The position numbers were made by a program, and so were the translations under genes. A stretch of 63,823 nucleotides of DNA, filler included, from Phoronis australis (Eukaryota > Animalia > Phoronida), in NCBI GenBank assembly GCA_002633005.1. It is 8 parts of 8 records of this genome, joined end to end, with 100 filler letters (N's around TTAATTAATTAA, not from the genome) between each part and the next. Parts side by side here need not be neighbours in the genome. Positions count along the whole stretch, not along the records: positions 17,847 to 27,220 come from NMRA01000038.1; positions 27,321 to 31,038 come from NMRA01002874.1; positions 31,139 to 45,338 come from NMRA01000064.1; 5 more parts are not named here. One strand, written 5' to 3'. The notes below the pieces were generated by a model. The model saw only the letters and a program-made list of their open reading frames with translations. It searched no databases and had not been told where the DNA came from. Below are positions 24,401 to 37,130 of the stretch, piece by piece (within the stretch, counting starts at the first letter, position 1; each line of letters opens with the position of its first letter).

Positions 24401-25208
24401 ATGAGTGCTGACGAACCAAGAAAGAGGTATGCAAGCAAAGATAGCGCATCCTTAAACGACAGAGCAAAAAACTCAAACAACCCTTGACTTCCGTCAGCTT
24501 GACCCGCCCCTGTGTGATTCGGACTCAAATGAGGACATTGCAAAGCTCGAAAAAGCGCTGACGTCGCCCCAAGTTATTAAAACACTCCGTGAGCAACTAT
24601 TCCAGCCTGCCCTGGATGATATAAAGGCCTACTACGAGTCCATCCTTAACCAGAAAGACAAAGAAATACAGCGGCTGAATGAGCAAGTCAACAATTTGTC
24701 AGCAAATCTAGACAACCTAGAGCAATACTCGCGTCGCAATAATATAGTTATATATGGAGTCGATGAGCCTGTAAATGAAAAACCTGGAGCTACTGACAAC
24801 ATTGTGATCGACTTGGGACGCAAACTTGGTCTTGAAATTAACCCCCAACAAATCAGCAGATCCCACAGACTCGGGCCCAAACTACGTAAACATGGAGCTA
24901 GAGATTCGCGAAAAGATCGCCCCATCATCTGTAAGTTTGTGTCATATAATACCAGAGCTGCTTTCCTTCACAATAGAAGTCTACTCCGCAAACTCAACTT
25001 ACCATCCCCGATCTACATCAATGAAAATCTCACGAAACAACGGGCCCTTCTCTACGCCCGCTGTCGCCGCCTTGTACATGTACAATCTAAAATCATCGCT
25101 AAAACGTGGACGCATGACGGTAACGTAACAATACAGCTGCATGATAACAGGATAAAGCAGGTTTCCTCAGACAGCGGCCTTCTAGTGTTAGAAAACTGTG
25201 AAGTTTAA
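24401..25208 (+). mobile_element. LINE ORF1 (L2/CR1/Crack type, coiled coil + RRM-like), one frameshift
   Basis: LEQYSRRNNIVIYGVDE...ISRSHRLG...RPIICKFVSY...IYINENLT...TWTHDG. The frame is open upstream to ~24470, with the ATG at 24401 offset by a frameshift at an A-run. Confidence 0.85.
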
Positions 25209-25497
25209 ATTGTATCCTGCTCTCTCGTCCTATGGTAGTTCATATCCAATTACTCACTGGTGACATCCCTCACTTTGTTTGCGTTCACTCACCCCTCCTC
25301 CCATATCTTGACAGGATCAGGTAATTGTCCTGTCCACTGATACTTACAGTGTATTCAGTTTTCTCCCTTATGTAATACCAGATCCCGCTCAAGTTTCCTC
25401 TCTATCAGTGGTGGTGCACTCTATACAGGTCCGTAGCGACCACAACACCTTATACTGACCACAGGCAATGGTAATGCATCAAATTCTTAATCTGCAT

Positions 25498-26865
25498 CTA
25501 AATCATTCTTGTTTGGAGCATGGGTTTTGTTGCTTATTGCCTCTTACTGTTTCCCAGTTGCACAATTACCAAAATTGTAGTATAGTATCTTTGCAACTGC
25601 CTACAGTATGTATTAATGTTGTATTTTTGGTTGTCGTTAAAACAAAAGTCATGTTTACCACATTTTTATTGAATGTGTGACGGAATTGTACATTGCATGA
25701 TATTCACATAAGACAATGATTCTTATATGTGAGCTCGGGCCTTGGTGGCAGTCCCTTATATAATTATTATTTTTTTCTGACTTTGTGTTTCTCAGAACGT
25801 TGATTTTGTGGACAACTCCATACCAAACTGTCTCTCAGGATAAATTAACACGTCACTAATTTTGTGTGGCATTTCTGTTCGGTCATGTTATTGACACCTC
25901 TCACTCACTATAATATTGATTTTGATTTCTAGGCACTTGCTCTGTTCTCTGTCAGTCAGGTGCAGAATCTACAACTACATGTGATTTTTGTTGTGGGTTT
26001 CAGAATGATTCCCCATATCATTAATTAGTTATTACTGTTTTAGTTTGCCCGTGAAAAATCACGTTGAGCACTGTCTGTCACCATAATTTAGTTCATAATG
26101 AGTATCAAGTTGAAATAACCCAAGTGAAAACTGGTGTTTCAATCTGTGAGAAAGTTTAATTCCATTCAGAAGACACCACCGAACACATGAGCTGATCAGT
26201 CATTACTGGGTGGCCTACAGTACACATCACGAATTTTTGGCCGACCGGTCGGAAATTGGTCGACGACCGGCCGTCGACCGGTCGGCAAATTNCTAAATCA
26301 TTCTTGTTTGGAGCATGGGTTTTGTTGCTTATTGCCTCTTACTGTTTCCCAGTTGCACCATTACCAAAATTGTAGTATAGTATCTTTGCAACTGCCTACA
26401 GTATGTATTAATGTGGTATTTTTGGTTGTTGTTAAAACAAAAGTCATGTTTCCCACATTTTTATTGAATGTGTGACGGAATTGTACATTGCATGATATTC
26501 ACATAAGACAATGATTCTTATATGTGAGCTCGGGCCTTGGTGGCAGTCCCTTATATAATTATTATTTTTTTCTGACTTTGTGTTTCTCAGAACGTTGATT
26601 TTGTCAGGTGCAGAATCTACAACTACATGTGATTTTTGTTGTGGGTTTCAGAATGATTCCCCATATCATTAATTAGTTATTACTGTTTTAGCTTGCCCGT
26701 GAAAAATCACGTTGAGCACTGTCTGTCACCATAATTTAGTTTATAATGAGTATCAAGTTGAAATAATCCCAGTGAAAACTGGTGTTTCAATCTGTGAGAA
26801 AGTTTAATTCCATTCAGAAGACACCACCGAACACATGAGCTGATCAGTCATTACTGGGTGGCCTA
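25498..26865. repeat. allelic duplication 25498-26217 vs 26293-26865 across N at 26292
   Basis: Near-identical copies; the second lacks ~145 bp and the TA-inserted element. Confidence 0.8.
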
Positions 26866-27379
26866 TAGTGGTAAGAACTCATAGCCTTTTTCAATTCTAA
26901 AACGTGTTACAGCTAAGTTATCCATAGTGAGAGATCTTCAATACATCTTTTTGTGTTTTCTTCAGCGAATTTGAGTGTTCAAACTCTTATTTTTAACCTT
27001 ATTTTGTCCGTTACTATTTGGTCATATTTCCTCTGTACATATCTTTAGGTCAATCATTATCTACAGTGTTTTGTATTCACTTGCAACAGAACTAACTGGT
27101 TTCCCAAGATTGAATTTATATGTTGTGCTTTTCAACTAAGTTGTTATTTATGTACCTGTAAGCGAGCCTATGATATAATTTTGTTTTTTAAAAATGACTC
27201 CCCTAGTTGTCCAGACTACCNNNNNNNNNNNNNNNNNNNNNNNNNNNNNNNNNNNNNNNNNNNNTTAATTAATTAANNNNNNNNNNNNNNNNNNNNNNNN
27301 NNNNNNNNNNNNNNNNNNNNGTGTAGCCTCCATACCTGTCATACTTTCCAAAAGCATGATGGTTTATAAAGAACACATA

Positions 27380-28847
27380 CTGTATTCGCCCTAATAAGCG
27401 CCCAGGGCGCTTAGAAAAGTTCGCTTCAGGAAGGGGGGCACTTATAGCCCAAAGTGGTTGAAACCCGGTCTCCGAAACAGGTGAAATCGTAAGCTAGAAT
27501 TCATTAAATGTACGCTCTGTGACGCATCTGTAACCTACGACAGACGTTCTACAAAATTGCAGTGCATTGATATCAAACTTTGTTGTTAAATTACGAGCAT
27601 TTTTCAGAAAATCCCAGTACGAAAACTCGCCGACAGACACATCACTGCCTCGCAATCGCCGATAGGTCAACTTGAATCCTTGAGTAAAAGTATAGTTTTG
27701 ACTCAACAAATTACCTGAATCCCTTAAGTTTTCAAAATAGCATCCCTAAGATTTTTAAGTTCCTGTGGAGTCGGGATTAACTGCATATTAAGTCCAAATC
27801 TGTTCTAGATTGTAGCCCGCAACACGAGAAAAATCTCTGGACGAACACACACGTTGTCACGTGACGTTTATTTTGAAGTTCGTCTGTGTATTGTGTGAGT
27901 GATCGAGCGCGTGCATGTCAGCAGAGTTCATTTGCCAGAGTAAACGCGACATAACGTAGATCTAGTTGTGCAACTAAAGAAATTAACACAAGCAGTAAAA
28001 CAGAACGTCTTTCATTTAGCACTTGTTGATCTCATCTGCTAAAAAACGTTCGAGAATTGTCTCGGTAAAGCCGATATTGAGTGACTGGATGGGTGACAAT
28101 CTAAGTTAATTTTCGGGAGATTCAGGGGTGTTAGGATACGGAAGTATTCACTATCAGTGGGTTACTTTGACTTTAAAAACACCAATTACGATTAATTTAA
28201 TAATTCCTCCTAAAAATAACGCAAATGTTGTTACGGTATTAAAAACTTTCGGAAATAAGTGCCAGTATTTATTCTTTGCCAATGCTATGTTACCCGTTTC
28301 ATGAATAGATAATTCCTGAAGACTCATCTTCGATGACAAGTACTTGCATGTAGCGCACGCTTTCTTGTCACGTGGTTTTAACAAAGGTCAAGTTTTTATT
28401 AGTCTTTGATTCACTGTTTTCACGTATACAAAGAAATTTGGATTCCTGTTGAGGGAGAAGATCTGTGCAGGAAAGATACAATACAATCCCTTTGACAAGT
28501 ACGCTGCGTCTGTTCTAAAAAGCCAGACCATAATAGGACACGTCCCTCACAAGATCAATAAAACTTTTGCGTTCTTTTTGAAGCATGGCGGAAGTTTGAA
28601 GTGTATATTTACGGCTAAATACAAACACAACGGTGAAGCTCATGGTCTACAAATTCCGCGCACAATGATTTTTTCAGGACTGTCGGATCTTATTGTTAAA
28701 TTGAAGACGTTACTGTAGGATTTTAGAACTGTAGGTAAGGCATTTTTCGCATGTACATGGTGTTCATGGACTGGGTGCTTATTTTAGCAGTCTGAAAATG
28801 CGTGGGGGTGCTTATAGGGGCGTGGGTGATTATTAGGGCGAATACGG
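27380..28847. mobile_element. non-autonomous Tc1/mariner/pogo-type TIR element with HIRAN-like cargo
   Basis: TA|CTGTATTCGCCCTAATAA ... TTATTAGGGCGAATACGG|TA (17/18 TIR, TA TSD); no transposase recognised inside. Confidence 0.8.
28403..28718 (+). pseudogene. HIRAN-like domain, frameshifted
   Basis: SLIHCFHVYKEIWIPVEGEDLC / NPFDKYAASVLKSQTIIGHVPHKINKTFAFFLKHGGSLKCIFT...GLQIP...FSG, fitting the N..D..A..V...IGHVP HIRAN pattern. Confidence 0.7.
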
Positions 28848-29838
28848 TAACCTTAGATCAAGCAATCTTGCAAACAAAATTTGTTAAAAGATGGAGTGTC
28901 ATAGGCTGCTTCACTTCAAGAAGACCAAAAACCAACAAAGGCTTGTTGAAACTCACTTGAAACAGGCAGGGACTACTGACAAAGACTCACTCAATGTCTT
29001 TATCTTAACAACCTTAGTAACTTTACATATATCTGCCTACAGTTTAAACTATAGTAATACTTCCAACTGAGTCCACTTGGACATCAGTGGATTCAATGAA
29101 GTGGTTACTCAGTCTTTGAAAGAAATTTAAATAACTTAATACTGAACATAATTATGGAATTATTGCATAACATGGCATATGGGAGATCAAGGAACTTGCA
29201 TAAATTCTGGAAAAATCAGTCATTCATTACAAGATCAATAAGTGTTGAAAACGTCTTCTTAGAAAGAATTATTACAAGAGCAACACGGAGCGTTGATAGG
29301 CACCTACTCTTGTATCTGCACCTCCGTCTGCCATCTGGTGTCGGGTAAAAGAACTGAACTGTTATCAACTGGAACTACTCCATCTCAATTGATACAAAAT
29401 ACGTTGTTTTATGGCTTTCTCGTTTGACAATAATTTTAAAGCAAGAGTGCCACATAAAAAGTTTTAAGTTTATTACTGATTTTACCTTCTATTACATGCA
29501 TAATACTGTACAATCCCCTCACTCCAAAGCTTCAAGTCCAAGACCAGCCAGGGTAATGAACTTGCTAGCCAATACTCAGCTCTTAAACAGATAACCTCCA
29601 GCGACCAAAACGCCCATTTAACACCAGAAATACAAGTATTTTTGAATAAAATATTGTTTTTGTTTCTTACATACCACAGAAAGTAATTAATTGCGAAGTA
29701 AATTACACTGCCCATAATTCGTAGCCCCTTCGATAGCCTCAGAGATATTCTCAACCAATCAGCGTCAATACATACGACATTATTGTGTCAACAAAATTTC
29801 CCCAAAGCCTCATTGCACAACAGATGCTCTAGGCTAAT

Positions 29839-29993
29839 ATGAGACATTGCATGGTGTATGGGTGCAACAACATAAGCAACTATACATTTGTACAACTTCC
29901 TCCATCATGTGCCGACCATGGAATAGATTCATATTCACAAAAAGGAAGAACTGGCAACAAAATTCTAAGAGCAGCAAGATCTGTTCCAGCCAT
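29839..29993 (+). pseudogene. THAP domain relic
   Basis: MRHCMVYGCNN ... (frameshift) RPWNRFIFTKRKNWQQNSKSSKICSSH. Confidence 0.7.
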
Positions 29994-30238
29994 GGTGCAA
30001 AGCTGTATACCAAATATACAGCTAAGTGTTGATGTGGATAAAAAACTGACCAAATAAAATCTGACACAAAATTAGTGTCATTAAAAACTAAATTCTTCCT
30101 TGAGTCAACTAAAAAATTCACCAGTGTTGGAAAAACTGGAGTTTTGCCATTATTCTGCTTCTAAAATTGTGGTGCACTCTTTTGCGTCAGCTTTCAGCGA
30201 CATGAAACACTGTGTCATCTATTGGCCAGTTTCTTCTT

Positions 30239-30737
30239 CAGGGCTTGGAATGACCAATGACAAAAAACGCGGAAACTTTTATGGCCCCAAAACATGCGCG
30301 CTACCTAGCCTTGAAATAGTCGATGTGAACCTTTCGCCGACAAAATTCGGGACTAAAAAAAAATCAAAATTAAGGTTACCACCATCAGTGGCATGCGTCT
30401 GCGTCTTTTTAGCTCGTCCGTCCACTCCCACCCCCACACATTTTTGGCTGCAGAGCCGTATTATTTGTCTCCGCGGTTTACAATCATGCGAGACGCCATT
30501 GAAAATCCCACCACGCTATCCCAGATGCCCCGGCAATGTTACGTTTCTCCGAAACATAAAGAGCAGCTTCCGCTTTTCGAGGTGAACGTCGTCGGCAACG
30601 GCGCGGTAAGAAAGGAATTTGCCGCGGAAATTTTATATCAAATCCGATTTTTTTTACGCGGAAATGTAATAAAATGCGCGGATAGAACATTTGAAAAAAG
30701 CGGAAATCCGCGTTTCCACGGAAAATTCCAAGCCTTG
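30239..30737. mobile_element. hAT-like MITE
   Basis: TIR CAGGGCTTGGAAT / ATTCCAAGCCTTG (12/13) with CTTCTT on both flanks; subterminal GCGGAAA repeats. Confidence 0.65.
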
Positions 30738-32389
30738 CTTCTTACCCCGATTCTTCAATTAACTGCTATTTTCTCCCACGGGGTTGCATACATGTCATAA
30801 CAAAGTATCTGAACAGGTTTCATTTTGTATCAAGTTTTTAGTACTTATTTAAATACCAGCAAACCGAATTTCAAAACAACTTTTGCTGCTGTGAAGCTGT
30901 CATCAATTCCTGCGAGATGTCACAAAATTTTAGAATATGACGTGTTTCACGAGCATACTGTTTTCAAAATGACGACAGACTTCTCTTTGTTATACAGCGC
31001 GGAGAATTACTCAAGAAAATGACGTTTCAAGGGGTAACNNNNNNNNNNNNNNNNNNNNNNNNNNNNNNNNNNNNNNNNNNNNTTAATTAATTAANNNNNN
31101 NNNNNNNNNNNNNNNNNNNNNNNNNNNNNNNNNNNNNNGTTGAATTTGCCCAAAGACAAGTTGCAGGAGTTTTACCGATAAAAGCAAATAACAAGGCAAT
31201 ATAATATAAGTTACGTTTGTTATATTATTGAAAATTTTTAACAAACAAATGCAAAAAGCAAATGGAAAGTACTTGAAATACTTTAACTCAAGTTATGAAT
31301 ACGTGGGCGCATTAAATAAAAAGTAAGCACAGTTACTTGTTTACACTGACTGCATTACTGTTGAAGTGCGTGGGTACTGAAAAATAAGGTGCACATTAGC
31401 CTACGGAGAACGTTGACCGCTGTGCGGTTCCGTAACATTTGTTGCAGTTTTTAGGCGTGTGACCTGTTCAGATTTTCAGATGTGGAGACCACTGGTCATA
31501 AATAGATTAACAACTCCGGTCTGCCGCTTGTGAGTGAGATCGCGGAGTACGTTTGCGACAACTGACCACTTGGCCCTTATTCACTTTCAATGGACTACGT
31601 GGCCAGTTGTTTTCAAGCGTAATTTGAACCAATGAAAACTTTGTTTACGATGTTGATGCTTTTTTGCCAAGTGGTGGCTAGTTTTTACCGGTCGTGGGAC
31701 ATTTAATCAGGTCGGGAGTGCGGCCAAACTGATCGCTGCGAAAGTACAGACAAAAATAAATATACGATAATATAACAACAATAAAACTTGTAAATGAATA
31801 GTAATAGTAAATATAAGTATCTTTTAGATCTAAATGTATTTAAACTTAAGTCAACTGCAGAAAGTAATGAAAGAAAATAGTTGGAAGCGTCAATGCGCTT
31901 AGAATAAACTTATCAGTAGTTCCTAACGTCGATGAGACCGAAGTTATTATTTAGCACGCACCGCAGCGTCGACGCTCCGGGTTGTTAAGTCCACCTGTAA
32001 TATGAAACATGGCATAATGTTTACCTTCTGTTATCAAACTATAAACCTTTTTGAGCACAATTTTGTACCTCGGCCGAGATCAGAAAATTATCGAATATTC
32101 CCGTGCATTTCCGTGACGGACCTGAGTTCCCTGGCAAATTAAGGAACGATATCTGAACGACGGCCATGTTGTCCTTGAAAACGTATTGATTGTTATTTTG
32201 TTCGATTGTTTTTGATTCTCATTTTGGTTCTTTTTATAAAAAAATTGATTATTTAGTGCCAATTTGTATCTGTTCTTTGCATATGACGAGTGGTATTTAC
32301 TTTGGAGACTTTCTCGCCTACAATGGTCACCGCTCAGTGTGATTCCCGTTGACCCATGACAAAGTTTTGTGATTCCTATACACCACGCC

Positions 32390-33130
32390 CTATGCATAAA
32401 ACGGAAAGATAATCGCTAGCACTACTTTCAGCATTTCAAAGATGACGCCATCATAACCCCCAGCCTTGCCATTAGGTAATTGCTCAATGGCCTCATATAT
32501 TTCAGAAGGCAAGAAATCAGTATTAAGATCAGAAGGGAGATTGTTACTACACTTTCCACGCGAACTATCATGTTCAATCATTTCCTGCGTGGCAAATTGA
32601 CTCAAGGACTCGTCAATAGAGCAGTTTTGATTCAATAAATCCTTGAAATAGTCGTGCCATTTCTGCGGACTTATTGTAGAAGACTTACGGGATGTCCAAA
32701 TATTGGATTTAATTATTTGCCAGAACTCCTTCGGGTTATTTTTGGAACGTCTAACGGCTTCAATAAGTCGGGCTTCATTTGCTTTCTCTTTCTGTTTAAA
32801 CAAATCACGGAAAGCTTTCTTTTTTACTTTGTACATTTTAAGGTAAAAGACAGAAGAGTTTTTACGAAACAGTTTTAAAGACCATATTTTTGCTCGTTTG
32901 GCCGAAACAATTCATCATCCCACCAGGGTGGCTGCTTTGCCCGAGAGTTTCGATTTACTTTAGTCTTACTATTCGTAGATGTACGAGTTTTCATGGTAGA
33001 TACGGCCGACTGCCACAGCAAATCTGTTATGGATCTGACCGCATTATCTAGATTGCCACTAGCCACCGAGCTATCCATGGCCGCCGTACAATTCTCAGCA
33101 CCAGTTGAAAAAACATGAGAGAATGCTGTG
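32390..33130 (-). mobile_element. LINE ORF2 fragment (RTEX/CR1-like linker + RT N-terminus)
   Basis: PWWDDEL...KNNPKEFWQIIK...WHDYFKDLLN...EIYEAIEQLPNGKAGGYDGVIFEMLK. Confidence 0.8.
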
Positions 33131-33479
33131 TTCATGACCACAGAGGTCTGAGGCGACCGTAGCGTTCTCAACGTCAACGGTCGTATGCATGTAGACGCAC
33201 AACTCCTTTAGGATCAAAACTGCGTTTTGCCTTTGTAAACAAATATCCACGCGGTTGTGCGGTTCCAAGGTGGTTCTGTTAAATCTTTTTTTTCGCTACG
33301 CAGTGTATATTTTGTATTTGAATTTCCTCGAGAATGAAGATAAGGTATTTTTCTAGACACATGTGGAATGTTGTAAAAATGGCCATTTTTGTGAATAAGG
33401 TTTGAGATAACCTTAAAATACAGACATCTACTTTTAGACGAAACCACTGGGAACAAGGGGCTCGAAAGCGAAGACTCAC

Positions 33480-33498
33480 CCAGGAGTTCTTCCGGCAT
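33480..33498 (-). CDS. candidate first coding exon MPEELL(G)
   Basis: ATG followed by G|GTGAGT donor, phase 1. Confidence 0.35.
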
Positions 33499-34491
33499 GT
33501 GGCGTGTCAGTCAGGGTAAACAAATTGTTGCTGCATATGAAAGCAAAATTGTGACAGCAAAAGGAAAAAAAAAACAGCCAGTGAAGTCAAAGAATGATGA
33601 TGAGCTTGCCCTTGGGGATAGTTAGGAGTGCGACAACACCATACACGAGATGATTCAAAGATTTCCACTCATGAACGTCTGGGATCGTTGTCGACTTTGT
33701 TCATGTTGTGTTTTCTTACATCAGTAAAAAACTGTTGATGCATTCAACGCATCAATCACAGGGCTGGTAAAGGTCTTGCTTGCTGTAGTCTCAATTTGTT
33801 TTATTGCCATGTGGTCATACTACGTCGATTTCTTAGTTCCTGGACGAAGCTCCACAACATACACACACACACTCCCTTGTGACACGAAGCACTGGTACTA
33901 CTCTTTATGAAGACGTGGATGTTAACACCCTGAAGGACTCGTCGTGTGGTTACAGTTCAACAGAAAGAAATCAACGCATTCAGTTATACATGTTTGTTAC
34001 GCTAAATCTCACAAAGAAATCATGAAAAACCGATGAAATATAATTAATAATCAACCCATCAACTAATTTAAGGTCCGTATTATTCTGAAATTATTGAAAA
34101 AATACCGTAACTTGAACGACTATTCAAGTCAATGCAGAGAAAAAAGTGCGTTCACGATCGCCATAGAGAATTAACTACTTCGTTCTCGATCGCCGTCTCA
34201 CACAAGGACCTGTTTGCATTAGTAACTATCATAAGTAACAAAGGTGTCACCAGGGACAATTAAATTATAAACGTCACACGCCTCTACTTAAGAACCCTGG
34301 AATTGCTAATAACAAGTAGAATTTATCGATTTTACGAGGTGCAAGGCATTTTACCGAAATCCATTCAAAAATAAACAAAAGCCAAGTATTATTTCAGATC
34401 TACAACAAAGGCTACACTCTGACGCTTTTCTGTGTGTCGCATTCGTACCAAAGTAGCCTCTGTTTAAGAAGAAAACGACACTTAAACTCAC

Positions 34492-34522
34492 CGTGTACAT
34501 GTACGTCACTGACGTCTGCCAT
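34492..34522 (-). CDS. candidate first coding exon MADVSDVHVH(G)
   Basis: AAAATGG Kozak context and G|GTGAGT donor (phase 1), preceded by a CpG-rich 5'UTR/promoter-like stretch 34523-35100. Confidence 0.45.
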
Positions 34523-36901
34523 TTTTGGTGCAAGGTCTTGTTCTCGATCGCCTTCCGGGCGTTTTCGATCGCGGGTTGGCCGGGGTGCTAGAGGAAAAGC
34601 CTTTTTGGATCGGAAAATGTACTCTCTTTATCGCCGTATTGTGAAGCTGATGCAAAGTACCAGCAATACCGGGAGCGCACTTCCGCGTACACGTATTCCC
34701 GCAAAGCGGCACCGACTTTCAGTTACTGGCCGTTAAAAATTGTAAAGTAGAAGAAAACACCCACACCCGGCGATGTTTCAACAAACAGAATAAGCTTTTA
34801 TCTCAAAACATGGCGCTCCTTTCCTGCTCCTCACCTGAATTGCAATAAGTATAACGTGCTTGATTTTTGCTGCCCGGCGGATACGACAACCGGCGATGTC
34901 AGTTCCCAGGCAGTTGCCAAGTGTCACTTTGCCGGGAAAATGGTCACTTGCTAAATTGACTCTAATTTTCAATTATTAAAAAAATCATATTTTAAAACGG
35001 GACAGAAATTTACAGTCAGTACTTCCGTTTTCTCAGTAAATGAAATTCCGCGACTGAAAACGCAAACGGGTAAGGACGTATGGTAAACTGTAGTCTATGA
35101 GATGAATGTCGGCGATAAGGGCTAAAATAGTGTGCTACTAGGTCTTTTGCCGATTCTGGCCCAAACTCCTCAAAACATCGACTAGTCGACGCTAGTTCAT
35201 GTGTATGAAAAGGCCTATACATATCGCTCCTGAACGATCTTAATCCTGGGAGCGCTTTTCAAGAATTCAACGTGGTTAATGCCATGACAATTTTTTATTT
35301 TTAGAAGAGTTGGCTTACGATTCACGAAAACGAGCTTCGCCAAATTCACCTTCATTTCTTTACTCACCGATAGGTGTTTTTGAAGGTAAAACGCCATGCC
35401 ATATTTTATATTAAAGCACTGACAAGCGATATTTTTCTACAATGACATGGAGATTATTTTGCGGACTGCAGTACACCGACAATTTTCTGGTACACTTAAA
35501 TATTTTTTGCAGATAACTTTACAAAAGAGTAATGAATGAGACAATTAAGTGGAAGAACAAAAGGTTTTCTTCATACGTAATTGTAGTTACCATGGGGATT
35601 AATTTTTCACAACACTAAATAAAAATATTTTGCTCCAGCAATCTTACTCTAAGATCACACAAAAACAAAAACAGTTCAGACTTATACACCTAGGAATCTG
35701 CCAACTCTGCTACTATATAGCTTCCAATAACAGCAAATGGTTACATACTATTCATACATGTACATACATTTGTTCCGAAGGTACGAACGTAACAGAATAA
35801 AGACTGTGAACAATGAAAACTGTCGTGTGTTTAACCAATTCTCTATAACATACATGTAGGTGAATATCTATGTGATTAACACCAATCTTTCCCTGTAGCT
35901 GTAAAAGTTAGTGCATCTTTCAGATTCAACACAGTTTTTACTGTAAAAACTATGAAAGTCAGAGGTTTCAACAAGGTAATTAAGTATTGTTGCATCACTG
36001 CATGACTGCTTATTTTGGTTGTGAAACGATTCGTTCATTAGCTTGAGAGGGCACTTAGTGTGTCACCCTGCAGTTTTCTGTGATATAGACAAATCTATAT
36101 GATTGTCTTCACTGACTGTCCAGCATGACAACTCAACCAGTCTCTGAAGTCACGGTTTTCGAGAACTTTGTGGAGCATTCAAGGTTTGTTATTTTCTTCA
36201 AATTCCTGAGAAGGTTCATTTAAAATAACGTTTTACGTTGGGGACGTTCAAAGTGACTAGGAAATGATGTGCTTGAAAATTACTGTCTATTCAAGCATCA
36301 CGGCCACTGATGGTACACTAAGGTGGACTAGAGCTGATGTCGAGATTGTGTCATAAGTTACTTGCAAAGTTGGCCCACTATATCTGCGAATCTTCACTAG
36401 CCACTGTCTTATCAATTCTTTGTCAGTATGAAATTAATGAAATGACATTACTTTGTTTATTCTTTGGTTATTTGTGCAGCAAGAGGCACAGCAGTGTGTA
36501 ATTGTTTATGTAGAGATTCACTGTAAACAAACAACTTCCTGTAGACTGAACAGTACAAGTCTCGTTCTGGGATTGGAATGTAAATCATGCATAAATTTTG
36601 AGAACGTTAAAAAGCATTGACAACAGCACAGTTTTTACGTGATATTTTTGTTTCCTAACTTGAGCATGTATCACCAGGGCAACTTCACATGTCTAGCGTA
36701 AACACAGCGAAAGCTATAGATAGGGCCGTCCTGGATTACACAGCGATACACGAATCTCGCCTTATTTACCCACAATGCCGTAAACATCCGTCAGGCAAAT
36801 TTGCTGCCTCGTTTTTGTGCCACTGGAGATCCACTTGTCATTTGTTGTTGTCTGATTTTTTGCAAATTTTTCTGGGTTGCATTACTCTATTCGTCCTTCC
36901 A

Positions 36902-37130
36902 ATGCCAACGAAGTATTACTGCTGTGCTGAGGCTGCAACTCCAACGTGAGAAAGTTTGATAAATTGGGCAAATACCCGTATATGCGTGATCTGAAATTCT
37001 TCGCCTTCCCGACATCAATGAGAGACTCGAACTGTGCCTGATTGTCAAAGCGAGGTCACGCGATTTTTAACCTCCGGGACAACGGGGAGTTCTGTCGACG
37101 TGTAATCCGGGATGGTCCTATTCCCGTACG
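36902..37130 (+). pseudogene. THAP domain relic
   Basis: MPTKYYCCA/GCNSNVRKFDKLGKYPYMRDLKFFAFPT, decaying afterwards. Confidence 0.6.

Noticed and set aside
30100-30800. 161-aa and 135-aa ORFs
   Set aside because: They span the GC-rich MITE at 30239-30737 and show no domain signature.
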